Part shown: one piece after another, positions 17,911 through 26,620 of the stretch
Numbering within the stretch: the stretch's first letter is position 1
Layout of the letters: every line of letters starts with the position of its first letter
Assembly (NCBI GenBank): GCA_964355095.1
Contig: CAYHCX010000017.1
Location: 1 to 57,345 of the forward strand
Length of the DNA: 57,345 nt
Direction of reading: 5' to 3'
Source: an uncultured Acidobacterium sp.
GTDB taxonomy: Bacteria > Acidobacteriota > Vicinamibacteria > Vicinamibacterales > UBA2999
Position numbers and translations under genes: made by a program
The notes under the pieces: model-generated
What the model was told of the DNA's origin: nothing
Databases searched by the model: none
Seen by the model: the letters and a program-made list of their open reading frames with translations, nothing else

Positions 17911-18621
17911 ATGGTGTCTGCAAGCATTCAACGCCGCATTGATCGCTGGTTCCCCGGCGCCGTCGCCGCCCATGATGTCTATTTGCGAATGGTCGCCGAG
18001 CGCGCCGCCCCGGCCGAGCGGGTGCTGCATCTTGGCGCTGGACGAGACATCCTGAACGTGCGATCGGCATTGGCCGGCAAGATCGCGGTCGCGCTCGATC
18101 TCGGTCGGGAAGGGCTGTTACAGAATCCCAACCACCGACGCGTCGTTGCCGACGCCGGCTGTTTGCCGGTCCAGAACGAGACATTCGATCTGATTGTTTG
18201 CGAGCACGTCTTCGAGCATCTGGAGCGCCCGGGCTTGGTGCTGGCGGAGTGCGCCCGTGCGTTGCGTCAGGGCGGTTCGCTGGTATTCTTAACGCCGAAT
18301 CGCCTGAGCTACATCGCCGTCGTATCTGCTTTGACGCCGCATCGTTTTCATGTAGCGTATCGATCGCGGTTGGCCGCAATCACAGAAGCGGACACTTTTC
18401 CGACCTTCTATCGGTTGAATACGAGACGTCGGATCCGGGACCTGGGCGAGCGGGCTGGGCTGAGGCTCGATCGGTACGCCACGATTACCGGCTGCCCGAC
18501 GTATCTGGAACTGAACGACTTCGTGCACCGGATCGGAGTGTTGGGGCATTGGTTGATCGAGCGCGGGCCATCGACGTTTCACATTTCGCTCGTGGGTGCG
18601 TTGAGTAAACCGGCGGATTGA
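17911..18621 (+). CDS. Class I SAM-dependent methyltransferase
   Basis: VLHLGAGRD motif I-like and FDLIVCEHVFEHLERP. Confidence 0.7.
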   Translation: MVSASIQRRIDRWFPGAVAAHDVYLRMVAERAAPAERVLHLGAGRDILNVRSALAGKIAVALDLGREGLLQNPNHRRVVADAGCLPVQNETFDLIVCEHVFEHLERPGLVLAECARALRQGGSLVFLTPNRLSYIAVVSALTPHRFHVAYRSRLAAITEADTFPTFYRLNTRRRIRDLGERAGLRLDRYATITGCPTYLELNDFVHRIGVLGHWLIERGPSTFHISLVGALSKPAD

Positions 18622-18652
18622 CGGCCATGAGCGGAGGAGCGGTAGGTACGAC

Positions 18653-19630
18653 ATGTCCAATGTGTTGATCGTCGGAGGCGCGGGCTATGTCGGCGGAGCG
18701 CTCACGGACGTCTTGTTACAGACAGCGCACAGCGTCCGTGTCTACGACACGTTGCTGTACGAGGAGTCGTATCGCAAGCCGGTCGACTTCGCTCTTGGAG
18801 ACTGCCGCGACTGGAATGCGCTCGGCCCGCACTTGAAATGGGCCGACGTGGTGGTATGGCTGGCGGCGCTCGTCGGCGACGGTGCCTGCTCGGTCGATAC
18901 GACTATCACCGAGGGGATCAACTACCACTCGGTTCGCGAGCTGGCCGAACGGTTCGACCGGCGCATTATTTTCACATCCACCTGTTCGGTGTACGGCGCG
19001 CAGGACGGGCTGCTTGATGAAACCTCGCCGCTCAACCCCCTATCGCTTTACGCCAAGACAAAGCTCGAGGCCGAACAGCACCTGGTCGATCGGGACGCGA
19101 TGGTGTTCCGCCTTGGCACCCTGTTCGGGGTTGGTGACTGCTTCTCACGGATTCGCCTCGACCTGGTCGTCAACGTCCTGACCGTGAAGGCGTGTCTCTA
19201 TAACAAGGTCAGCGTGTTTGGCGGCGATCAGTACCGGCCGCTGCTGCATGTACGGGACATCGCCGATGCGATTGCGCAGAGCATCGACTCCGACGTTCGC
19301 GGACTGTTCAATCTGCACTCGGTCAATATCAAGATTACCGATCTGGCCGATACGATGCGGCAATTTTTCCCCGGTCTCGAGGTCCAGAAGACGGAGATGA
19401 AGTTCCAGGACAGCCGAAACTATCGGGTCACGAGCGACAAGGCGATGCGCGCGTTCGGGTTCAGCGCGCGCCGCACGGTCGAAGACAGCATTGTCGAGCT
19501 GCGCGACATCGTCCAGTCGAACCGCATCAAGAATGTCGCAATCTCGCGGCACTCCAATCACCGATACCTGAAGGAACTACTGGAACGTCCGGCGTCACCC
19601 CTGGGGTACGAGGCTCCCACTCCGATATGA
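18653..19630 (+). CDS. NAD-dependent nucleotide-sugar epimerase/dehydratase (extended SDR)
   Basis: VLIVGGAGYVGGAL, STCSVYG, YAKTKLEAE (YxxxK). GGAGGAG lies about 14 nt upstream of the ATG. Confidence 0.85.
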   Translation: MSNVLIVGGAGYVGGALTDVLLQTAHSVRVYDTLLYEESYRKPVDFALGDCRDWNALGPHLKWADVVVWLAALVGDGACSVDTTITEGINYHSVRELAERFDRRIIFTSTCSVYGAQDGLLDETSPLNPLSLYAKTKLEAEQHLVDRDAMVFRLGTLFGVGDCFSRIRLDLVVNVLTVKACLYNKVSVFGGDQYRPLLHVRDIADAIAQSIDSDVRGLFNLHSVNIKITDLADTMRQFFPGLEVQKTEMKFQDSRNYRVTSDKAMRAFGFSARRTVEDSIVELRDIVQSNRIKNVAISRHSNHRYLKELLERPASPLGYEAPTPI

Positions 19631-20079
19631 CCTATCCTACCGACGCGCCGACGCTCATCGAGGGCGGCTTGGCCATCGACGATCGCGGCCGGCTCGCCTT
19701 CGTGAACGGCTTCGAGCCCAAAGACATCAAGCGCTTCTACGTGGTCGGCAACCACCAGGCCGGGTTCGTGCGCGCGTGGCATGGGCACAAGCTTGAGGCC
19801 AAATTCTTCTTCGTCGTATCGGGATCATTACTGGTGGGCGCCGTCAAGGTTGACGACTGGGACCAGCCGTCGCGCGATCTGCCGGTGAAGCGCTACGTGC
19901 TCTCGGCGGACAAACCGTCGATCCTTTACGTGCCGGCCGGAATGGCGAATGGCTTGATGTCTCTAACCGCGGACATGCGGGTGCTCGTGCTGTCGACGAC
20001 GACGCTCGATCAGAGCCTTGGCGACGACTATCGATTCGATGCGCGCTACTGGGACTGCTGGCACGTAGTAGAACGCTGA
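19627..20079 (+). CDS. Cupin-fold sugar isomerase/epimerase (WxcM C-terminal / FdtA-like)
   Basis: ATGA overlap with the upstream gene. DDRGRLAFV...FVRAWHGHKLEAKFFFVVSGSL pattern typical of the small RmlC-related cupins. Confidence 0.65.
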   Translation: MTYPTDAPTLIEGGLAIDDRGRLAFVNGFEPKDIKRFYVVGNHQAGFVRAWHGHKLEAKFFFVVSGSLLVGAVKVDDWDQPSRDLPVKRYVLSADKPSILYVPAGMANGLMSLTADMRVLVLSTTTLDQSLGDDYRFDARYWDCWHVVER

Positions 20080-20088
20080 GCGACGCTG

Positions 20089-20820
20089 ATGCCCGAACTG
20101 AGCCTGTTGATTCCCTGCCTGAACGAGGCCCGGCACCTGCCCGACCTGCTCGCTCGCCTCGAGTCCGTCTGCACGACCACGGACCTCGACGTGGAGACGA
20201 TCCTGCTAGATGATGCGAGCACCGATGAGACGCTGCAAGTTGCGCAAGCCCTGCGCGCCAAGCACCGGCCGTTGAATATTCGTGTCATCCACCGGTTCGA
20301 GCCGCGGCGCGGCTTTGGCGCGTTGGTGCGCTACGGGATTGCCCATGCTTCCGGTCGGTATTTCCTGCTGTTGACCGCCGATGGCACGCACCCGATTGAA
20401 GACATTCCACGCTATCTGGCCGAGGCGCGTCAGGGCGCGCAACTGGTGCAGTGTTCGCGGTACGAACGCGATGCGGATCACCACAACATCCCCGGCCGCT
20501 TCAAGACCTATCAGGGCCTGTATCGCGCCACGGCGAAGTGGCTGCTTGGCTGGGACCCGCGCGACCCCACCTGCTCGTTCAAACTGATCGATCGCACGTT
20601 CCTGCTGGCGATCGGCGTGCGTGCTTTGAACCTGTCGCTGATCCCGGAACTCGCGTTCAAAGTCTATCTTGCCGGCGGCAAGATCGTCTTTCTTCCGGGG
20701 ACGCAAACGTTCCGGGAGAAAGGTATTTCGCACTTTCAGTTCCTCCGGGAATGCACGAGTTACGGATATGTGCTGACCCGCGCGACCTTGCACCGGGCCC
20801 GACTGCTTGCTTGGTTCTGA
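20089..20820 (+). CDS. GT2-family glycosyltransferase, polyprenyl-phosphate sugar synthase (DPM1/GtrB/ArnC)-like
   Basis: LSLLIPCLNEARHL, ILLDDASTDET, short single-domain size. Confidence 0.75.
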   Translation: MPELSLLIPCLNEARHLPDLLARLESVCTTTDLDVETILLDDASTDETLQVAQALRAKHRPLNIRVIHRFEPRRGFGALVRYGIAHASGRYFLLLTADGTHPIEDIPRYLAEARQGAQLVQCSRYERDADHHNIPGRFKTYQGLYRATAKWLLGWDPRDPTCSFKLIDRTFLLAIGVRALNLSLIPELAFKVYLAGGKIVFLPGTQTFREKGISHFQFLRECTSYGYVLTRATLHRARLLAWF

Positions 20821-21589
20821 CCCGACGCTACGAGGCGCGCTCGCCACCGGCTATGCCGTAGTCGTGCCGATGTTCAACGAGGCCGCCAATGTCGAGCGCT
20901 GCATCAACGCGATTGGTCCCGCGCTGTTGCGTACCGATCCTCTGGGATCCTTCATCGTGGTGAACGACGGTAGCAGCGACGCGACCGGCGCGATCCTCGA
21001 TCGGCTGGCGCCGCAGGTGCCGCGCCTGACAGTGGTCCACCACGAGTACAACCGCGGTTATGGTGGTGCGCTCGTTACCGGCACCCAGACCGCGTCCCGC
21101 CAGAACCTCGGTTACGTCTTGTTCATGGATTCAGATCTCACTAACGATCCGAAGTACATCGAAGGCTTCGTCGCGCGGATGCGCGAGGACGTCGATGTCA
21201 TCAAGGCGACGCGGTACTCCCTTGGCGGGGGTGTGCGCGGCGTTCCGGCATGGCGCGTGGCCATCTCGAGAACCGGAAACCTGCTGAGCGGCGTGTTATT
21301 CGCTTTGCCGCTCGCCGATCTGACGAACGGATTCCGGGCGGTCAAGACGTCGTTGCTGGTTGACCTGCCGTTCCAGGAAAAGGGCTTCGCGATCGTGATG
21401 GAGGAGCTCTATCGTCTCGCGCCGATTGCGTCGACCTATGCCGAGGTTCCGTATGTGCTGACCAGCCGGGAAGCCGCAGCTAGCGTGTCGCATTTCGCCT
21501 ATCGACCGAGAGTGTTATTCCAATACCTGAAATACGGCATTTGGACGTGGTGGACGAGAATGACGGGCTTAGCCAACCGGGCACGCTAG
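20807..21589 (+). CDS. GT2-family glycosyltransferase, polyprenyl-phosphate sugar synthase (DPM1/GtrB/ArnC)-like
   Basis: YAVVVPMFNEAANV, IVVNDGSSDAT, YNRGYGGAL, FMDSDLTNDP. Start uncertain (TTG 20807). Stop TAG 21587-21589 coincides with the IS630 insertion junction. Confidence 0.8.
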   Translation: MLGSDPTLRGALATGYAVVVPMFNEAANVERCINAIGPALLRTDPLGSFIVVNDGSSDATGAILDRLAPQVPRLTVVHHEYNRGYGGALVTGTQTASRQNLGYVLFMDSDLTNDPKYIEGFVARMREDVDVIKATRYSLGGGVRGVPAWRVAISRTGNLLSGVLFALPLADLTNGFRAVKTSLLVDLPFQEKGFAIVMEELYRLAPIASTYAEVPYVLTSREAAASVSHFAYRPRVLFQYLKYGIWTWWTRMTGLANRAR

Positions 21590-22665
21590 TGTAGTGTCTC
21601 CAACGCTTCTTTACATTTGGCGACTTTAGCCAAAATCTGCTCCACGGACGCAGTCCACTTGAAGATTTTGGGATTCTGGTTGTGATTGTCCAAATATTCC
21701 TGGATCGCGGCGATCAACTCCGGCACGTTCTTGAAGACACCACGGCGGATGCGTTTGTCGGTGATGTCGCGAAACCAGCGCTCCACCATGTTCACCCACG
21801 AACTCGACGTCGGGATGAAGTGCAGATGAAACCGCGGATGTCGCTTGAGCCAGGATGTCACGCGCGGATGCTTGTGGGTCGCGTAGTTGTCCGCGATGAT
21901 GTGCAGATCCAGTGCGGACGGGGTCTCGACATCGATCGTGTTGAGGAAGCGGATGAATTCCTGATGCCGATGGCGTGGCATGCACTGGCCGATCACCGTG
22001 CCATCGAGCATGCTGAGGGCCGCAAACAATGTGGTCGTGCCATTGCGCTTGTAATCGTGCGTCATCGTGCCGCAGCGGCCCTTCTTCATGGGGAGACCGG
22101 GCTGGGTGCGATCGAGAGCCTGAATTTGGCTTTTCTCGTCAATGCACAGGACCAGGGATTTGTCCGGAGGATTGAGATACAGGCCGACGACATCGTAGAG
22201 CTTGTCGACAAAGTGCTTGTCTCGACTGATCTTGAAGGTCTTGAGGAGATGGGGCTTGAGGTTATGTTGCTTCCAAATGCGTTGAACGCTGGCCGGACTG
22301 ATGCCCTGGGCTTCGGCCATCGTGCGCACGCTCCAGTGCGTCGCGGTCGGCGGCTTGGTGCGCAGCGTCGCGTCGATGACGGCACGCACTTTCCTTTCGG
22401 AGATGCTTGGCAGACGACCGGGACGTGGAGCGTCCTTTTCCAGCCCCGCAATTCGCAACGCCAGAAAACGTTCGCGCCACAGTTGCACGGTTGGCCTGGA
22501 AACGCCCACCTCCCGTGCGATGTCTTGATTGGGCACCCCGTCGCCGGCCATCGTGACGATGCGGGCACGCAGCATCAGCCGCAACGGGAAACTCCTCCCC
22601 CGTCCCCATGTTGCCAGGGTGGCCCGCTCTTCGCGGGAAAGCACGACCGGTGGTGCCGTTCTCAT
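21586..22665 (-). CDS. IS630-family DDE transposase (DD35E)
   Basis: N-terminal HTH region (NQDIAREVGVSRPTVQLWRERF). Catalytic candidates are D in LCIDEKS, D in IIADNYA and E in NMVERWF, with 35 residues between the last two. ATG 22665 is preferred over TTG 22701. The stop codon is completed by the flanking TA. Confidence 0.9.
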   Translation of the reverse strand: MRTAPPVVLSREERATLATWGRGRSFPLRLMLRARIVTMAGDGVPNQDIAREVGVSRPTVQLWRERFLALRIAGLEKDAPRPGRLPSISERKVRAVIDATLRTKPPTATHWSVRTMAEAQGISPASVQRIWKQHNLKPHLLKTFKISRDKHFVDKLYDVVGLYLNPPDKSLVLCIDEKSQIQALDRTQPGLPMKKGRCGTMTHDYKRNGTTTLFAALSMLDGTVIGQCMPRHRHQEFIRFLNTIDVETPSALDLHIIADNYATHKHPRVTSWLKRHPRFHLHFIPTSSSWVNMVERWFRDITDKRIRRGVFKNVPELIAAIQEYLDNHNQNPKIFKWTASVEQILAKVAKCKEALETLH

Positions 22666-22722
22666 GCCGAAACCATCGCTCTCGACGGTGCCGTGTGTCA
22701 AGTTATTTATGACACACTACAC
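21589..22722 (-). mobile_element. IS630-family insertion sequence, 1134 bp, apparently intact
   Basis: Terminal inverted repeats GTGTAGTGTCTC (21589-21600) and GACACACTACAC (22711-22722) are 11/12 complementary. The element is flanked by TA (21587-21588 and 22723-22724), and both junctions read CTAG. It has a single transposase ORF. Confidence 0.9.
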
Positions 22723-22739
22723 TAGGGGCCCGATATGCT
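22709..22739 (+). promoter_or_regulatory. Possible IS/flank hybrid promoter: -35-like ATGACA inside the right IR, -10-like TATGCT in flanking DNA (19-nt spacer)
   Basis: Read directly. The spacer is longer than optimal. It faces the downstream radical SAM gene. Confidence 0.25.
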
Positions 22740-22748
22740 AAACTGTCT

Positions 22749-24314
22749 GTGAAGTCCGACCCAATGCCAAAACCGATCGAGAAGATCCTGCTCGTACAGC
22801 CGGCGGCGTTTTGCGATAACAACCGCTCCAACATCGCGCCGATGCTGGGCTTGGGCATTGCGTATATCGGGGCCGTCCTGGAGAAGGCCGGCTATGAGGT
22901 GTCAGTCCTCGACGCTTTTCTTGAAGGATTTCAGGTCGAACAGCGAGTCACCCCGCAGATGCTCCGGGTCGGCATGCCGATCGAGGAGATCAAGGCGTAC
23001 ATCGCGGCGGCCAAGCCCGACGTCGTGGGCATCACCAGCATGTTTACGTCGCAGCGCAAGAACATGCACGAGATCGCCCGCGTCACCAAGGAGGCGTTAC
23101 CGAACTGCCGCGTCATCGTCGGCGGCGCGCATCCGACCGCGGCGCCGGAATCGGTGGGCGCGGATGTCAATATCGATGCCGTCGTGCTGGCTGAAGGCGA
23201 CAATTCGGTCGTGCCGGTCATCGAGGCCTTCGACCGCGGCATTTCGCTCGATGGACTCGACGGCGTCGCGTTCCGCAAGGCCGACGGCACCGTGCAGGTC
23301 AACCAGAAGACCCAACAGATCGCGGACCTAGACGAGCTGCCGTTCCCGGCGCGGCACCTGTTCCCGATGGAGAAGTACTTCGCCACGAAGATGAAGCACT
23401 CGGGGACCTTCGAGGGCCGGGCACTCTCGATGATCACGTCGCGCGGCTGCCAGTACTACTGCAACTTCTGCACGGCCTTCAAGGTGTTCACGCGCAAGCC
23501 GCGCATGCGGTCGATAGCGAGCATCATGGCCGAAGTCGAGCAGATGATCGCCACTTACGGTATCGACGAAGTGTGGTTCGAAGACGATCAGTTCATCGCC
23601 CGTCAGCGCCACACCATCGACATGCTCGATGCGCTCGCGAAGTACAAGCTCAAGTTCGACACGCCCAACGGCATTTCGTCGTGGTTGCTGAACGAGCAGG
23701 TGATCTCGAAGATGAAGGAGGCGGGGTGTTATCGGGTAAACCTCGCCCTGGAATCGGGCAATCAGGAAGTCCTCGACAAGATCATTCACAAGCCGGTCAA
23801 GCTGAAGGACGTGCCGCGGCTCGTCAAGCTGATTCGCAAGGAGAAAGTCGACATCGTCACCTTCCTGGTGGTCGGCAATATTTCCAAGGATCGCGTCGAG
23901 ACAATCAAGGAAATCCGCGACAGCTTCCGCTTCTGCCGCAAGATCAAGACGATTCCTCATGTCTCGTACCTGCAGGCATATCCCGGCTCCGAGACGTTGG
24001 AAGTGGCGGAGGAAAAAGGCTATCTCGTGCCTGGGTTCGACTGGGACCAGCTGATGAGCATCAAGCAGCAGCTGACCACGCCCGAGTGGACCCACGAGGA
24101 ACTGGCGCGCGTCGTCGAAGAAGAGCGGGTGAAGACGCATGCCTGGATCTGGGTCACCAGTCCGCGTAAGTTCCTGGCGACCGTCTGGAGCTACCTGCGG
24201 GCAGAGCCGACCAAGACGCCCCTGCTCGGGGTCAAGAAGCTTGTCAAGCTGGTGAAAGACCTGATCGTCACCACCATACGCCCGAACCGTCCGACGGCGG
24301 TGGCTCGGTCCTAG
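22749..24314 (+). CDS. B12-binding-domain radical SAM enzyme (class B radical SAM, methylase-like)
   Basis: N-terminal Rossmann-like B12-binding region (ILLVQP...GLGIAYIGAVLEKAGYEVSVLDAF...VVGITSM...VIVGGAHPT). CX3CX2C = CQYYCNFC at 23448-23471. Start is GTG 22749 or ATG 22764. Confidence 0.85.
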   Translation: MKSDPMPKPIEKILLVQPAAFCDNNRSNIAPMLGLGIAYIGAVLEKAGYEVSVLDAFLEGFQVEQRVTPQMLRVGMPIEEIKAYIAAAKPDVVGITSMFTSQRKNMHEIARVTKEALPNCRVIVGGAHPTAAPESVGADVNIDAVVLAEGDNSVVPVIEAFDRGISLDGLDGVAFRKADGTVQVNQKTQQIADLDELPFPARHLFPMEKYFATKMKHSGTFEGRALSMITSRGCQYYCNFCTAFKVFTRKPRMRSIASIMAEVEQMIATYGIDEVWFEDDQFIARQRHTIDMLDALAKYKLKFDTPNGISSWLLNEQVISKMKEAGCYRVNLALESGNQEVLDKIIHKPVKLKDVPRLVKLIRKEKVDIVTFLVVGNISKDRVETIKEIRDSFRFCRKIKTIPHVSYLQAYPGSETLEVAEEKGYLVPGFDWDQLMSIKQQLTTPEWTHEELARVVEEERVKTHAWIWVTSPRKFLATVWSYLRAEPTKTPLLGVKKLVKLVKDLIVTTIRPNRPTAVARS

Positions 24315-24447
24315 CGTTGAGAGATCCCGGTGCCGCTGGCCGCGCGCGGCGGCCCGCGGGTGCTTCCCTGTTTCACACCATCCCAGATCGTCATGCCCTG
24401 GCCGGTGCGCGCCGTGCCCGGGCGCCGCTGACTGCCATGGAGATTCG

Positions 24448-25713
24448 ATGACTATGAAGACGAGAGGTGAATACCGGACGCTGACGGCCTGCCGCTTGTG
24501 CGGGGGCTCGGACCTGACCACGTTCATCGACTTCGGAGACTTTCCGCTCGCCGGTGCCTTTCTCAAGCCGAAACAGATTCCGGACGAACGCGTCTACCCG
24601 ATGGGCATGCAGTTTTGTCTGAGTTGCACCTGCGTCCAGGTCGACACGGTGATTCCGGTCGAAGTGCTGTTCAAGCACTACTTCTATTTTTCGTCGGCGA
24701 TCCAGACCCTGCGCGATCACTTCGGCCAGTTCGCCGACGAGATGCTGGCGAGGTTCGTCAAGCCGGGCGACCTGATGGTCGAGATTGGCTGCAACGACGG
24801 CGTGTTCCTGCGCCACCTGGCGGCGCGCGGCGTGCGCAACGTCGGCGTCGATCCGGCGGAGAACGTCGTGGCCACGATTAACGATCCGGGCGTGGTCGCC
24901 ATCACGGACTGTTTCGGGACGCGGCCCGCGGACAAGATTGTCGCCGAACATGGCCGCGCCGACGCGGTCGTCTCGAGCTTCTCGTTCGCACACATCGACG
25001 ATATGCACGAAGTGATGCGTGGTGTCGACCGCGTGCTGGGCGAGCGCGGCGTCTTCGTATTCGAAATCTATTATCTCGGCGTCGTGCTCGAAGAAATGCA
25101 ATACGACATGATGTATCACGAGCACATGAGCTACTACACGCTTGCGTGCCTCGAGCGGTTTCTCGGCCAATACGGCCTCGAAGTGTTCGAAGTCAAGAAA
25201 ATCTCGTTGCGATCGGGAACGCTTCGGTTCTATGCGCAACGCTCGGCGCACCGGCCTCATCCGATCTCGCCGACGGTGCAGCAGCAGCGTGACGAAGAGA
25301 ACAGCAAGGGATTGCTCGACGCCGCCACCTATCAAGGCTACGGTGCGCGCGTGCAAAAGACGAAGGACGATCTGATGTCGCTGCTCGACCGGCTCAAGGC
25401 AGAGGGCAAGTCGATCATCGGCTACGGCGCCTCGGGGCGAGCGACCACGATCATGAACTACTGTGGCATCGATGGCCGATATCTTGACTTTGTCGTCGAC
25501 GACGCGCCGGCCAAGCACGGGTTCCTGACGCCGGGTACCCACGTGCCGATCAAGCCGTGGACCGATGTCGAGGCGTTGGAGGCCAAGCCGGACTACGCGT
25601 TGGTCTTCGCGTGGCCGTTCATCGAGGAAGTGCGCAAGCGCCGCCGGGCCTATCTCGAGCAGGGAGGCAAGTTCATCGTGCCGCTGCCCGAGGTGCGCGT
25701 GCTCAGCGAATGA
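24448..25713 (+). CDS. NDP-hexose C-methyltransferase (TylCIII-type: Zn-binding N-domain + class I MT + C-methyltransferase C-domain)
   Basis: CRLCGGSDL...FPLAGAFL...CLSCTCVQV, FKHYFYFSS, MVEIGCNDG, HEHMSYYT, and C-terminal IGYGASGRATT. Confidence 0.85.
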   Translation: MTMKTRGEYRTLTACRLCGGSDLTTFIDFGDFPLAGAFLKPKQIPDERVYPMGMQFCLSCTCVQVDTVIPVEVLFKHYFYFSSAIQTLRDHFGQFADEMLARFVKPGDLMVEIGCNDGVFLRHLAARGVRNVGVDPAENVVATINDPGVVAITDCFGTRPADKIVAEHGRADAVVSSFSFAHIDDMHEVMRGVDRVLGERGVFVFEIYYLGVVLEEMQYDMMYHEHMSYYTLACLERFLGQYGLEVFEVKKISLRSGTLRFYAQRSAHRPHPISPTVQQQRDEENSKGLLDAATYQGYGARVQKTKDDLMSLLDRLKAEGKSIIGYGASGRATTIMNYCGIDGRYLDFVVDDAPAKHGFLTPGTHVPIKPWTDVEALEAKPDYALVFAWPFIEEVRKRRRAYLEQGGKFIVPLPEVRVLSE

Positions 25714-26618
25714 CCGCTCTAACCCCTCACATTTTGATCGTCGGGGGCACGGGGATGCTGGGCGGCATGCTCCAGCGCTACTTGTCAGCGCGGTGCGCCG
25801 CCCCGATTGTCGCGACTCAGCGGCGTGATCGCAGCGCTCCCGGCTTCCTCGATGCGGCCGATCGGAATACTGACCTGGAACGTCTGATTGGCGAAGAGTG
25901 CCAGGCCCAGTTCGTCATCAATGCGGTCGGCGTGCTCAAGGCGAATATCAACGAATCGGATCCGGCGTCGGTCGACAATGCCGTCGAGGTCAACAGTCGC
26001 TTTCCGCACCGGCTGGCGGTGGCTGCGAGTGCCTGTGGTGCGCGGATGGTGCACGTGTCCACCGACGCCGTCTTCGCCGGCGCTCCGCGCCGCCTCGATG
26101 AGGATGCCGCCGCCGATCCCGAGGATGTGTACGGCCGCAGCAAGCTGGACGGAGAGGTCCAGGGCGCGCGCGCGATCACGCTGCGCTGTTCGATCGTCGG
26201 TCCCGATCCGGCGAACGGCCGGAGTCTCTATGAGTGGCTGCGCCGCCAACCGGCGGGCGGCACCGTCAGCGGTTTTGTCGATCAGCAGTGGAACGGCGTG
26301 ACGACGCTGCAGGTGGCGAAGCTGTGCGAGGCGCTGCAGGCCCCGGCGACTTTCGACGCGGTCGCGGCGGCCTCGCCGCTGCGCCACTACTGTCCGAACC
26401 CGGCTCTCAGCAAGTACGAGTTGTTGTGCCAGCTGCGCGATGCGCTCGGACTCGACGTCGCTGTCGAGCCTTCGGAGTCTGGCGCGGCGGTCGATCGCAC
26501 GTTGACGTCTCGATGGACCGACCTGAATTCCCTGACGTTGACAGCCGGCTGGAGCCGGCTGCTCAGTGAGCTCGTCGATGCCGACCCGAGGGGTCGCGTC
26601 GCCCAGCCTCCCCAGTAA
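25710..26618 (+). CDS. RmlD-like NDP-4-keto-sugar reductase (SDR)
   Basis: ATGA overlap with the upstream gene. ILIVGGTGMLGG, VINAVGV...N, VHVSTDAVFAG, YGRSKLDGE. Confidence 0.75.
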   Translation: MTALTPHILIVGGTGMLGGMLQRYLSARCAAPIVATQRRDRSAPGFLDAADRNTDLERLIGEECQAQFVINAVGVLKANINESDPASVDNAVEVNSRFPHRLAVAASACGARMVHVSTDAVFAGAPRRLDEDAAADPEDVYGRSKLDGEVQGARAITLRCSIVGPDPANGRSLYEWLRRQPAGGTVSGFVDQQWNGVTTLQVAKLCEALQAPATFDAVAAASPLRHYCPNPALSKYELLCQLRDALGLDVAVEPSESGAAVDRTLTSRWTDLNSLTLTAGWSRLLSELVDADPRGRVAQPPQ

Positions 26619-26620
26619 CC

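Noticed and set aside
22725-22748. A cobalamin riboswitch upstream of the B12-binding radical SAM genes (also considered for 33855..33891).
   Set aside because: Only about 24 and 37 nt are available upstream of the two genes, far too short for a riboswitch of roughly 200 nt. No B12-box-like sequence was noticed in the larger gaps.
24339-24350. Perfect 12-bp palindrome GCCGCGCGCGGC in the 133-bp gap after the first radical SAM gene, considered as an intrinsic terminator.
   Set aside because: There is no loop and no downstream T-tract, and GC-rich palindromes of this size are common in such genomes. It is left as unexplained rather than called.
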